Shown: piece by piece, positions 1 to 6,958 of the stretch | How positions within the stretch are numbered: the stretch's first letter is position 1 | Layout: each line of letters opens with the position of its first letter | IMG/VR virus record: IMGVR_UViG_3300009036_000501 | Length of the DNA: 20,000 nucleotides | Reading direction: 5' to 3' (one strand) | Source of the DNA: an uncultured virus (IMG/VR IMGVR_UViG_3300009036_000501) | Lineage: Duplodnaviria; Heunggongvirae; Uroviricota; Caudoviricetes | Program-made: the position numbers and the translations under genes | Notes under the pieces: generated by a model | What the model saw: only the letters and a program-made list of their open reading frames with translations | What the model was told of the DNA's origin: nothing | Database searches by the model: none

Positions 1-1
1 A

Positions 2-214
2 TCAGCTGTTATCGTAGCTAGTGACCAAGAAAAAGCATGTACTCAACTAGAAGATCACTTCCGTCAGGAAAGATTTGGAAAAGAAGGTGAAGAAAATTTT
101 CACCCCGACCACCCAGAAGTTTTCTCATATAGTGTTGTATCTAAAATAAAAGCGGCAACAGATGAAGAGCCTAGCTTAAAATACATTAATTATGGTGGAG
201 AAGGATCTAGATAA
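2..214 (+). CDS. 3' end of a hypothetical protein (partial, starts upstream of the window)
   Basis: Frame 2 is open from the window start (SAVIVASDQEKACTQLEDHFRQERFG...YGGEGSR) to TAA at 212-214, directly followed by a strong hairpin. Confidence 0.7.
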   Translation, partial: SAVIVASDQEKACTQLEDHFRQERFGKEGEENFHPDHPEVFSYSVVSKIKAATDEEPSLKYINYGGEGSR

Positions 215-219
215 CACAC

Positions 220-266
220 ACATAAATGAAAGGGAGTACCAAGAAGGTACTCCCTTTCATTTATGT
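220..266. terminator. Intrinsic terminator-like hairpin with a 21-bp perfect stem, possibly bidirectional
   Basis: ACATAAATGAAAGGGAGTACC-aagaa-GGTACTCCCTTTCATTTATGT is a perfect inverted repeat 5 nt after the stop codon at 214. Confidence 0.8.
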
Positions 267-309
267 ATTTACCAAAAACATTCCGGAACAGAGAAGGAAA
301 TACATATTA

Positions 310-338
310 TTGATTCGTCTCCTGGCACATGGTAGAAT
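310..338 (+). promoter_or_regulatory. SigA-type promoter of the methyltransferase gene
   Basis: TTGATT (310-315), 17-nt spacer, TG-n-TAGAAT (333-338, extended -10), upstream of RBS GAGGAG (364-369). Confidence 0.6.
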
Positions 339-375
339 GGTGTATGTATTTTACTATGTATGTGAGGAGATAAAT

Positions 376-2979
376 ATGAGAGATACATCATTCAAGTTTA
401 TAGATTTGTTTGCTGGTATAGGAGGTTTTCGTACAGCTTTTGAAAGACTGGGCGGTCAATGTGTTTTTTCTTCAGAAATAAACCCTTTTGCACAACAAGC
501 CTATAACATATTGCATGGGGAAGTACCAGCGGGAGATATACGACAAGTACAGGCAGATGATATCCCTGATTTCGATTTGCTATGCGGAGGCTTTCCTTGT
601 TTTGCTGCAGGTGAATTGGTCACTACATCTATGGGTATGAAGCCCATCGAAGATATAAAAAAGGGTGACTATGTGCTAACACATAAAAATCGGTTTAGAA
701 AAGTAGTTATGCCTATGGTGAAACACAAACAAGGAATCTTCCGGTTAAGTGTTTTGGGAAGCCCGAGCACTTTTGTTACTGAAGAGCACCCATATTATGT
801 ACGTCGTTATACCAGAGTTTGGAATAATGATAAGAGGACATATGAAAGAGTGTGGGGGCCCCCTGAATGGAAAGCTGTCAAAGATTTAACCAAAGAGGAT
901 TATGTTGGGTTTGCCACAAATAAAAAGGCAGAGAACATAAAGAACTTAACTGCTGAGCAGTGTTGGCTTTTAGGGCGATATGTCGCAGATGGGTATATCC
1001 GCAATTATGCACGAAAAGGGAGACAGAACTCACATCATCATATTGTCACCTTCTGCATTGGAAAACACAAACTTGATAATTTTCGACAACGAGTGACTGA
1101 GTATTCTCTAGGTGTGACAGAAGAAAAAACTTCATACAAATGCAGAATCATAAACGAACACTTTATGAATCTGTGTATTGAGTGTGGGCGAGGCGCGCAC
1201 AATAAACAAATTCCTGGATACATCATGGATTTACCTGAAGATCTCCTCCAGCATTTTTTAGATGGGTACATATCTGGGGATGGGGATGTGAACAAAAATA
1301 ACGTGATAAAAGCCACAACTGTTAGCAGACAACTAGCCTACCAAGTATCCCAGGCAGTGCAAAAAGTGTATAAAAAGCCTTGTAGCATTATCAAAGTAAA
1401 AACGGCTGATCAAAAAGTTATTGAGGGACGAGTAGTGAATCAATCTGATTACTTTCAGATACGATTCAAGACCACTCCTTCCAACCGAGATAGATCTAAA
1501 TATCTTGATGATATGCTTTGGTGCCCCGTGAAAGATCTAACTTGGATTCCTAATTATGACTCCGTAGTCCACAACTTCGAAGTTGAAGAAGACAATAGTT
1601 ATGTAGTCAATAACTGTGTCGTACACAACTGTCAGGCCTTCTCCTTTGCTGGCAAGAGGCTCGGATTTGCCGATGAAACTAGGGGTACCTTGTTTTTTGA
1701 AATAGCCCGCATAGCAGAAGCTAAGAAACCGAAGTACCTATTCCTAGAGAACGTGAAAGGTCTGGTGAACCACGAAAAAGGACGTACTCTAGACACAATT
1801 GTCAGGACTCTATCGGATCTGGGATATTCTGTAGACTTTGAAGTGATAAACTCAAAGTACTATGGCGTTCCTCAAAATAGAGAACGTATCTATATTGTAG
1901 GTGTGTTGGATGGGGAAGTAAGCCCATATGTTGTCTCAAAGAAGAAGTCCATTATATCGGCAGCAAAGAAAAGACAAAATGAGTATGGGGATATACGGTC
2001 TTTCAACTTTGCATGGCCTACAAATTCCGAGGTCACTACATCTGTACGTGATATTATGGAAGACAATGTTGATGACATCTTCTATATGACTGAGGACAAA
2101 ACTGAAAAATTGATAGATGTGTTGACAAACCGAGGGTACTTTTCTGAGGAACGTCTTGGCAGGATGGAAATGGTGGGATTGTTACATTACCGTGGCACAG
2201 ATCAAACACGGCGTGTATATGATGCGAATGGGTTGGCTCCTACATTGACGGCACATAGTGGTGGAAGTACAGAACCGAAGGTTCTATATTCAGAAGATAT
2301 CATGGAGTTTTCCATGGGTGATGGCATAACCTGTTGTGTGGATGCTAGTTACTCCAAGGGGGTTTCACCCAATTGTGTAGGCAAGGGTAGGCGTACTCAT
2401 ATTGTGGAACCTAATAGTGCAAATCTCACACCTAAGTGGAAGATACGTAAACTTACACCGGTGGAGTGTTTCAGACTCCAGAGCTTTCCCGAGTCCAGCA
2501 TTATCAAATTAAAACAATCCGGCATCAAAAACACTCAGCTATACAGAATGGCGGGGAACTCAGTAACAGTAAATGTCATACAAAGTATTGGAACTAATAT
2601 AGTCCATTTATCTAATGGGAGTTCACCTGTACAAGAGTGCCTGCCGTTAGAACCTCAGACCTCTATGACATGCGAATATGAGAAAAATGAACATGAAAGA
2701 CGAGTTTCCAAGGCCCCATCTGATGTGACTGAACAATGTGGTTCATTTACTCAACTCATGTTTAAGTATATTAAACACACTAAGATAGTGGAAAGAAAAA
2801 CAACGACAGATTTATACAATGACGTCAAGAGTTTTGCAAATGAACTAAATATTTCAGATCCTGGTTTAAGCAACCCTATATATTTTGGCACTATTATGAA
2901 GATAAAATCTGAAGAATTAGCCAATTTAGGTATACGTGTCAATAAAAGCAAGAAGCATTGGTCAATAACTCGGCCATAA
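376..2979 (+). CDS. dcm: Intein-containing C5 DNA (cytosine-5)-methyltransferase, orphan, similar to multispecific Bacillus phage MTases
   Basis: Motif I FIDLFAGIGG; motif IV GGFP|CQAFS (split by the intein); motif VI LENVKGL; motif VIII PQNRERIY; motif IX RKLTPVECFRLQSF; motif X LYRMAGNSV. Start moved from 226 to ATG 376 because of RBS GAGGAG and because 226 lies inside the terminator hairpin. Confidence 0.95.
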   Translation: MRDTSFKFIDLFAGIGGFRTAFERLGGQCVFSSEINPFAQQAYNILHGEVPAGDIRQVQADDIPDFDLLCGGFPCFAAGELVTTSMGMKPIEDIKKGDYVLTHKNRFRKVVMPMVKHKQGIFRLSVLGSPSTFVTEEHPYYVRRYTRVWNNDKRTYERVWGPPEWKAVKDLTKEDYVGFATNKKAENIKNLTAEQCWLLGRYVADGYIRNYARKGRQNSHHHIVTFCIGKHKLDNFRQRVTEYSLGVTEEKTSYKCRIINEHFMNLCIECGRGAHNKQIPGYIMDLPEDLLQHFLDGYISGDGDVNKNNVIKATTVSRQLAYQVSQAVQKVYKKPCSIIKVKTADQKVIEGRVVNQSDYFQIRFKTTPSNRDRSKYLDDMLWCPVKDLTWIPNYDSVVHNFEVEEDNSYVVNNCVVHNCQAFSFAGKRLGFADETRGTLFFEIARIAEAKKPKYLFLENVKGLVNHEKGRTLDTIVRTLSDLGYSVDFEVINSKYYGVPQNRERIYIVGVLDGEVSPYVVSKKKSIISAAKKRQNEYGDIRSFNFAWPTNSEVTTSVRDIMEDNVDDIFYMTEDKTEKLIDVLTNRGYFSEERLGRMEMVGLLHYRGTDQTRRVYDANGLAPTLTAHSGGSTEPKVLYSEDIMEFSMGDGITCCVDASYSKGVSPNCVGKGRRTHIVEPNSANLTPKWKIRKLTPVECFRLQSFPESSIIKLKQSGIKNTQLYRMAGNSVTVNVIQSIGTNIVHLSNGSSPVQECLPLEPQTSMTCEYEKNEHERRVSKAPSDVTEQCGSFTQLMFKYIKHTKIVERKTTTDLYNDVKSFANELNISDPGLSNPIYFGTIMKIKSEELANLGIRVNKSKKHWSITRP
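598..1629 (+). mobile_element. Intein with LAGLIDADG homing endonuclease (344 aa)
   Basis: N-terminal block A CFAAGELVTTSMGMKPIEDIKKGDYV; block B VTEEHPYY; LAGLIDADG-like blocks WLLGRYVADG and FLDGYISGDG; blocks F/G VHNFEVEEDNSYVVNNCVVHN followed by Cys+1. Excision restores GGFPCQAFS. Confidence 0.95.
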
Positions 2980-3017
2980 ACAAAAAGAGGGGGACCGCCA
3001 GTTGGGCGATCCCCTTC
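2978..3017 (-). terminator. Intrinsic terminator with its U-tract on the - strand; may also end the MTase transcript
   Basis: The - strand reads GAAGGGGATCGCCCAACTGGCGGTCCCCCTC followed by TTTTTGTTT. Confidence 0.75.
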
Positions 3018-3080
3018 GTCCGTTCGTGTAAAATGTAAAGAGTGTTGTGAGTGTCGCAGCAACTGTGTCAAGGTTGCTAC
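2980..3080 (-). ncRNA. Putative ~100-nt small RNA convergent with the methyltransferase gene
   Basis: Bounded by a consensus - strand promoter (3087-3116) and a - strand terminator (2978-3017). It has a 5' hairpin GTAGCAAC-cttgacaca-GTTGCTGC and a C/A/U-rich middle, and contains no RBS-led ORF. Confidence 0.55.
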
Positions 3081-3086
3081 ACTTTT

Positions 3087-3116
3087 ATTATATCACACGG
3101 ACACGCGTCTTGTCAA
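3087..3116 (-). promoter_or_regulatory. Consensus SigA promoter on the - strand
   Basis: On the - strand: TTGACA (3116-3111), 18-nt spacer ending in TGA, TATAAT (3092-3087). Both hexamers are perfect and the -10 is extended. Confidence 0.8.
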
Positions 3117-3168
3117 GTGCAGTATGCTTTCAGGTCAATTGTTAACGTCGCGAAAATAGTGTTAGTTA

Positions 3169-3198
3169 TTGACGAATTTTTGTATGTAATGCTATGAT
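3169..3198 (+). promoter_or_regulatory. SigA-type promoter, divergent from the sRNA promoter
   Basis: TTGACG (3169-3174), 18 nt, TG-c-TATGAT (3193-3198). Confidence 0.6.
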
Positions 3199-3219
3199 GA
3201 CATGAAGGAGATGATGAAA

Positions 3220-3432
3220 TTGAGTATTCAATTAGGTGCAATTAAACTAGAAGTGTTGGAAACGAGTGTGGAAATTTCAGGTATCGGATACACGCATAAG
3301 GTTCATGGACTGCCCGATCATGATTATTGGGTGTTTGCACGCCCTAAGTTCGAGGACGGCAACATTTTGCATATTATCGTCTACAATCCCAGCACTCACA
3401 GAAGTAATAAAGTACTAGTAACCAGTCAGTGA
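3220..3432 (+). CDS. Small hypothetical protein (~70 aa)
   Basis: ORF with its own promoter and RBS AAGGAG (3205-3210). TTG 3220 is the best-spaced start (alternatives ATG 3202/3211/3214). No recognisable motif. Confidence 0.6.
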   Translation: MSIQLGAIKLEVLETSVEISGIGYTHKVHGLPDHDYWVFARPKFEDGNILHIIVYNPSTHRSNKVLVTSQ

Positions 3433-3451
3433 GTGAATTCAGACTAAATTA

Positions 3452-3481
3452 TTGTGTATTACACTTCAGACAGTATATAAT
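3452..3481 (+). promoter_or_regulatory. Possible SigA-type promoter
   Basis: TTGTGT (3452-3457), 18 nt, TATAAT (3476-3481), upstream of RBS AGGAG (3501-3505). Confidence 0.45.
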
Positions 3482-3513
3482 TGGAAATAAATACATGTCT
3501 AGGAGTGTCGTAT

Positions 3514-4668
3514 ATGCAAAATATGTTGCTTAATTTACGTAGTCTACAACAAATAAATACTCGCATTTCGGAGAAATCCACCGAAATAAAACAAACCAAA
3601 GCATTTTACACCCAACTGTTTAGCGAAAATTTGCAAGAACTTACGTCTTTGCTAGGTGGACTAAAGAAAATGCGAGACTTGCATACTCGCTCTGCTGAGT
3701 CACTTTATCCTTTACAGTCTGGGTTGTTTGATCTATCGCATATCCAGGAACTCACACGATCTCTTTCAGATGAGATTGATCATCTGACTCAGCAAGCGGA
3801 AGTTAGTATGAATGAACAAAAGGGCACAGAGAAATTGGCAAACCTCCACGAAGAACTGGAACGCCTAGGGAATGAGCAGGTCAATCTGGAAAAGGCATTG
3901 GTTCAAGGTTTTTGGGACTTGTCTGATAACCTGAAGTCTGTACAGTACGAAACAGCCGATATGTTTGCTGTACACTATGATGTCCTTACACACATCTTGG
4001 TAACTGAACATTCTGTTTCACCTGTTGATGCTGCTGACATTGTAAACCTTGTCACTCACTACGTGAAGGGTAAAAGTGAATATAGTTCTAGCAGTGTCGA
4101 ATTAGTAAGAGTGGAAAAAAGTAAGGTCGGATCTTCTTTCGGATTAGGGGAAGACCCTTTTGAAGTGACCGTGAATGGTCACACACTACAAAAATTTGAT
4201 CTTGATAAAACAATCGACAAAAAGAAAAACCACATGATCATCTCCGGTACAGTTGACGTGCAGATAGAAGGGGATGTGTCATGTGTTCTTGATGAGGACG
4301 CAGGTGTTTTCGCTACGAAAGACCAGCATTGGATTCTTCAAGGATATACTTTACAAAATTATATTGCCGTGGCTACAGCACATGTAGAATTTGTTTTTGA
4401 TATGGACAGATGTTTGGAATCGTCTGATATTGATCTCCGACAAGAAGAAGTGAAATTTACGCTTCCAGTGCTAAAGATCGAACCATGTGTAAATTCAGAC
4501 ACTCTCAACCTTTTGGTAAAGATGTTAATGGAAGAAGTCCAAAAAGTTGATGTTGAAGAACTAGCGTGGGGAACAATATTAAGTGAAGTGGTATCAAAGG
4601 ATATTGAAGATTCACTTAAATCTGACATCGAAGATATGGCGAAAGAAATAGAATTTACAGTGAGCTGA
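3514..4668 (+). CDS. Acidic hypothetical protein with N-terminal coiled coil (~384 aa)
   Basis: Long ORF with RBS AGGAG 8 nt before ATG 3514. The N-terminal third is helical with heptad-like L/E/Q/K patterning, and the C-terminal half is acidic with beta-like segments. Family not recognised. Confidence 0.85.
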   Translation: MQNMLLNLRSLQQINTRISEKSTEIKQTKAFYTQLFSENLQELTSLLGGLKKMRDLHTRSAESLYPLQSGLFDLSHIQELTRSLSDEIDHLTQQAEVSMNEQKGTEKLANLHEELERLGNEQVNLEKALVQGFWDLSDNLKSVQYETADMFAVHYDVLTHILVTEHSVSPVDAADIVNLVTHYVKGKSEYSSSSVELVRVEKSKVGSSFGLGEDPFEVTVNGHTLQKFDLDKTIDKKKNHMIISGTVDVQIEGDVSCVLDEDAGVFATKDQHWILQGYTLQNYIAVATAHVEFVFDMDRCLESSDIDLRQEEVKFTLPVLKIEPCVNSDTLNLLVKMLMEEVQKVDVEELAWGTILSEVVSKDIEDSLKSDIEDMAKEIEFTVS

Positions 4669-4678
4669 ATACTTTTTT

Positions 4679-4705
4679 AAAGAGGTGGCATATGCCACCT
4701 CTTTT
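4679..4705. terminator. Intrinsic terminator
   Basis: AAAGAGGTGGCATATGCCACCTCTTTT, a perfect palindrome with a U-tract, 10 nt after the stop codon at 4668. Confidence 0.8.
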
Positions 4706-4713
4706 CCTATTTA

Positions 4714-4743
4714 TTGACAGGCCTGTACATATCGTGATAAACT
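4714..4743 (+). promoter_or_regulatory. SigA promoter of the nucleotide-metabolism operon, overlapped by TGTACAT repeats
   Basis: TTGACA (4714-4719), 18 nt, TG-a-TAAACT (4738-4743). TGTACAT occurs at 4724, 4743 and 4764. Confidence 0.65.
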
Positions 4744-4790
4744 GTACATATTAAAACAAGGTATGTACATGATATAAGGATGTGGATATA

Positions 4791-5411
4791 TTGCAACCTG
4801 GACTATTTGTTGTGTTTGAGGGACCAGAAGGAGCCTCGAAAGGAACACAATCCCAACTATTTGCGGATTATTTACAGGATAAAAAAATCCCATACATACA
4901 CACACGAGAGCCAGATGGCCCTATTCGTAGTGTTTTGCTTGATCCTGCAAATACGGGAATGATACACGATGACACAGAAGTGTTGTTGTACGCTGCTTCA
5001 CGCGTTAACAAATTTTTAACCGAAATAAAACCTGCGCTTGAAGAAGGAAAAGTTGTGGTATGTGATCGTTACCTTGAGTCCTCTCTCGCATATCAGGGTT
5101 ATGCTGGTGGAGTGGATCTAGCGAAGATACTGAGCATCCATGACGCTTTTATAAATGATAGCAGGGTGACTCTGTTGTTTGACATTTCTTATGAAACAAG
5201 CAGGAAAAGGTTGGGGACACGGGGAGAAGCGCTAGATAGGCTCGAGATGAAGTCAGAAGTATATCACAGAAAAGTTATTGATGGTTATAGGAAACTAGCC
5301 AAAGATTACTCTCACATTAAGCGTATAGATGCGAATCAAACAATTGATCAAGTACATTCAGAAGTGTTGAGTTTATTGACTCCACTACTGGAAGAAAGAG
5401 GGATGTTATGA
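4791..5411 (+). CDS. tmk: Thymidylate (dTMP) kinase family protein
   Basis: LFVVFEGPEGASKGTQ (variant P-loop), TREP, EVLLYAASR, IKPALEEGKVVVCDRYLESSLAYQG, DRLE, IDANQTIDQV. Start is TTG 4791 (RBS AAGGA at 4776-4780) or GTG 4782. Confidence 0.92.
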   Translation: MQPGLFVVFEGPEGASKGTQSQLFADYLQDKKIPYIHTREPDGPIRSVLLDPANTGMIHDDTEVLLYAASRVNKFLTEIKPALEEGKVVVCDRYLESSLAYQGYAGGVDLAKILSIHDAFINDSRVTLLFDISYETSRKRLGTRGEALDRLEMKSEVYHRKVIDGYRKLAKDYSHIKRIDANQTIDQVHSEVLSLLTPLLEERGML

Positions 5412-5923
5412 GTAAACGAGTAATTATATCTCTCATTTCTCCACCTGGAGGTGGGAAAACAACTATACTTAAGCATTTGTCCGAGCATCACCAATTGCCC
5501 ATACTGAGTTCGGGAGATATAGCGAGGCAAATGCAGAGGGATACAGAAACGAATTTCCTAATACAAGGGGGATTTGCTCCTGAAGAAGAGATGAGACGCA
5601 GACTCTTAGAATCCATTGAGACATTATTTGTCTCTAGCAACGTGATACTGGCTGATGGGTTCCCGAGATTCGTTGACCAGCTGAATTGGTTGGAAAACTC
5701 TCTAGATGGCGTGGATATTGTATTGTACCACTTGGATGTGCCATTGGACAAATGTAGAGACAGACTGCAGTCTCGCAATCGTTCTGATGACAATGAAGAA
5801 ACTATAGAGGCAAGATTCAAACAATATACTGAACAAACAGAGCCAATTGTCACTTCGCGACATCTGCGACGGTACAATTATGATTTTGTGACTCAAGTAA
5901 TTCTTGCGGCAAAGAAAAATTAG
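5408..5923 (+). CDS. adk: Adenylate kinase/UMP-CMP kinase family nucleoside monophosphate kinase (short-LID type)
   Basis: P-loop SPPGGGKTT, LSSGDIAR, DGFPR..Q, short lid RNRSDDNEETIEARF..Y...TEPI. ATGA overlap with the tmk stop codon. Confidence 0.85.
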   Translation: MSKRVIISLISPPGGGKTTILKHLSEHHQLPILSSGDIARQMQRDTETNFLIQGGFAPEEEMRRRLLESIETLFVSSNVILADGFPRFVDQLNWLENSLDGVDIVLYHLDVPLDKCRDRLQSRNRSDDNEETIEARFKQYTEQTEPIVTSRHLRRYNYDFVTQVILAAKKN

Positions 5924-5936
5924 GAGGTTTAATACA

Positions 5937-6938
5937 ATGCAAATGTGCTATCTTGCAGGTGCTATCGATATGGTTATTCCAGAACAGGCTAGAGGTTGGA
6001 GAGACAATGTCTCTAAAGTGTTAAACGATCATGGCATCCACACTTTTGATCCAGCTTCTGCTTTTAATCTATCTCGTAAGGATAGCGAGACATGGTTGTC
6101 CAAAACAGATATGGTTATCAAACTAAACAACATGGCCTTAGACAGTTCCGAGATTATGCTGGCCGAAATGGAATTTAATTGCCAGCATACAGGCACTACC
6201 CGCGAACTTATTCGTGCCAGTGAACAAGATGGGAAGCTTGTTGTGGTGTGGAACTCAAGCGAGTATACTCCCCTATATCTCACAGATATCCCCAATCTTG
6301 TTATCAAATCTACACTGGCAGAGTGTGTGGAATATATTATCGAAAAAATAACAGGGGTCGCTCCTAGTCCCGACGTATGCCGTTCTGTATTGGAAACTAA
6401 AGTGGACAAACCTGCCATTAAAGTTATGCTGACTGAAAAGCATCCTTTAATGATCGCAAAAGAACGTGGTGAAATTTCCGATATTGATCCTTCAATGCTG
6501 TTATTCAAGAAACACAGCGATGATACTGGGTATGACATTATGTGCACTGAGAACGTGACAGTACCTCCAGGGGGAAAAGTACAAGTGCCAACACATTTGG
6601 CTATCCAGCCGCCAAAAGGTTACTGGTATCGTTTGGTTGCTAGATCCTCAACATTCCATGTCCATGAGATGCTGGTGGTAGAAGGCATCATCGATACACA
6701 ATTCCGAGGTGTGTTGTACTGCAACATTCAGAACATGAGCAATGAGACTAAGACAATCCGTGCTGGTGATTCTGTGGCCCAACTGATATTCCATGAGATC
6801 GTAGGCGAACATTGGGATGTGTCAGTGCACGACTCTCTGGATGCTACGGATCGTGGTGAAGGTGGATTCGGAAGTACAACTGCTTCTAAAGACTTTATCG
6901 TGGAGATGTACCAAAAATACGCTTCCGTGACGGTTTAA
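5937..6938 (+). CDS. dut: Fusion: N-terminal nucleoside 2-deoxyribosyltransferase/N-glycosidase-like domain + C-terminal trimeric dUTPase
   Basis: N-terminal domain: YLAGAI, WR, FDP, SSEIMLAE, TGTTRELIRA. C-terminal dUTPase motifs: TGYDI, ARSS, GIIDTQFRG, GDSVAQLI, DRGEGGFGST. RBS AGGAGG before ATG 5937. Confidence 0.88.
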   Translation: MQMCYLAGAIDMVIPEQARGWRDNVSKVLNDHGIHTFDPASAFNLSRKDSETWLSKTDMVIKLNNMALDSSEIMLAEMEFNCQHTGTTRELIRASEQDGKLVVVWNSSEYTPLYLTDIPNLVIKSTLAECVEYIIEKITGVAPSPDVCRSVLETKVDKPAIKVMLTEKHPLMIAKERGEISDIDPSMLLFKKHSDDTGYDIMCTENVTVPPGGKVQVPTHLAIQPPKGYWYRLVARSSTFHVHEMLVVEGIIDTQFRGVLYCNIQNMSNETKTIRAGDSVAQLIFHEIVGEHWDVSVHDSLDATDRGEGGFGSTTASKDFIVEMYQKYASVTV

Positions 6939-6958
6939 CGTACCGATTGTTCTTTTTT

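Noticed and set aside
226..375. 50-aa N-terminal extension of the MTase given in the ORF track
   Set aside because: ATG 226 lies inside the terminator hairpin and has no RBS. The promoter, RBS and motif I position all support ATG 376.
2751..3071. 106-aa - strand ORF downstream of the consensus promoter
   Set aside because: Its TTG start has no RBS, lies within the 5' hairpin, and the frame runs through a terminator into the antisense of the MTase. An sRNA explains the signals better.
376..4668. Type II restriction-modification system
   Set aside because: No neighbouring ORF shows recognisable PD-(D/E)xK, HNH or GIY-YIG motifs, and the MTase resembles orphan phage-type enzymes. The partial upstream gene cannot be assessed.
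376..6938. Prophage assignment based on phage-like MTase, kinases and dUTPase
   Set aside because: There are no structural, terminase or integrase genes, and the adjacent genes form a conjugation operon.
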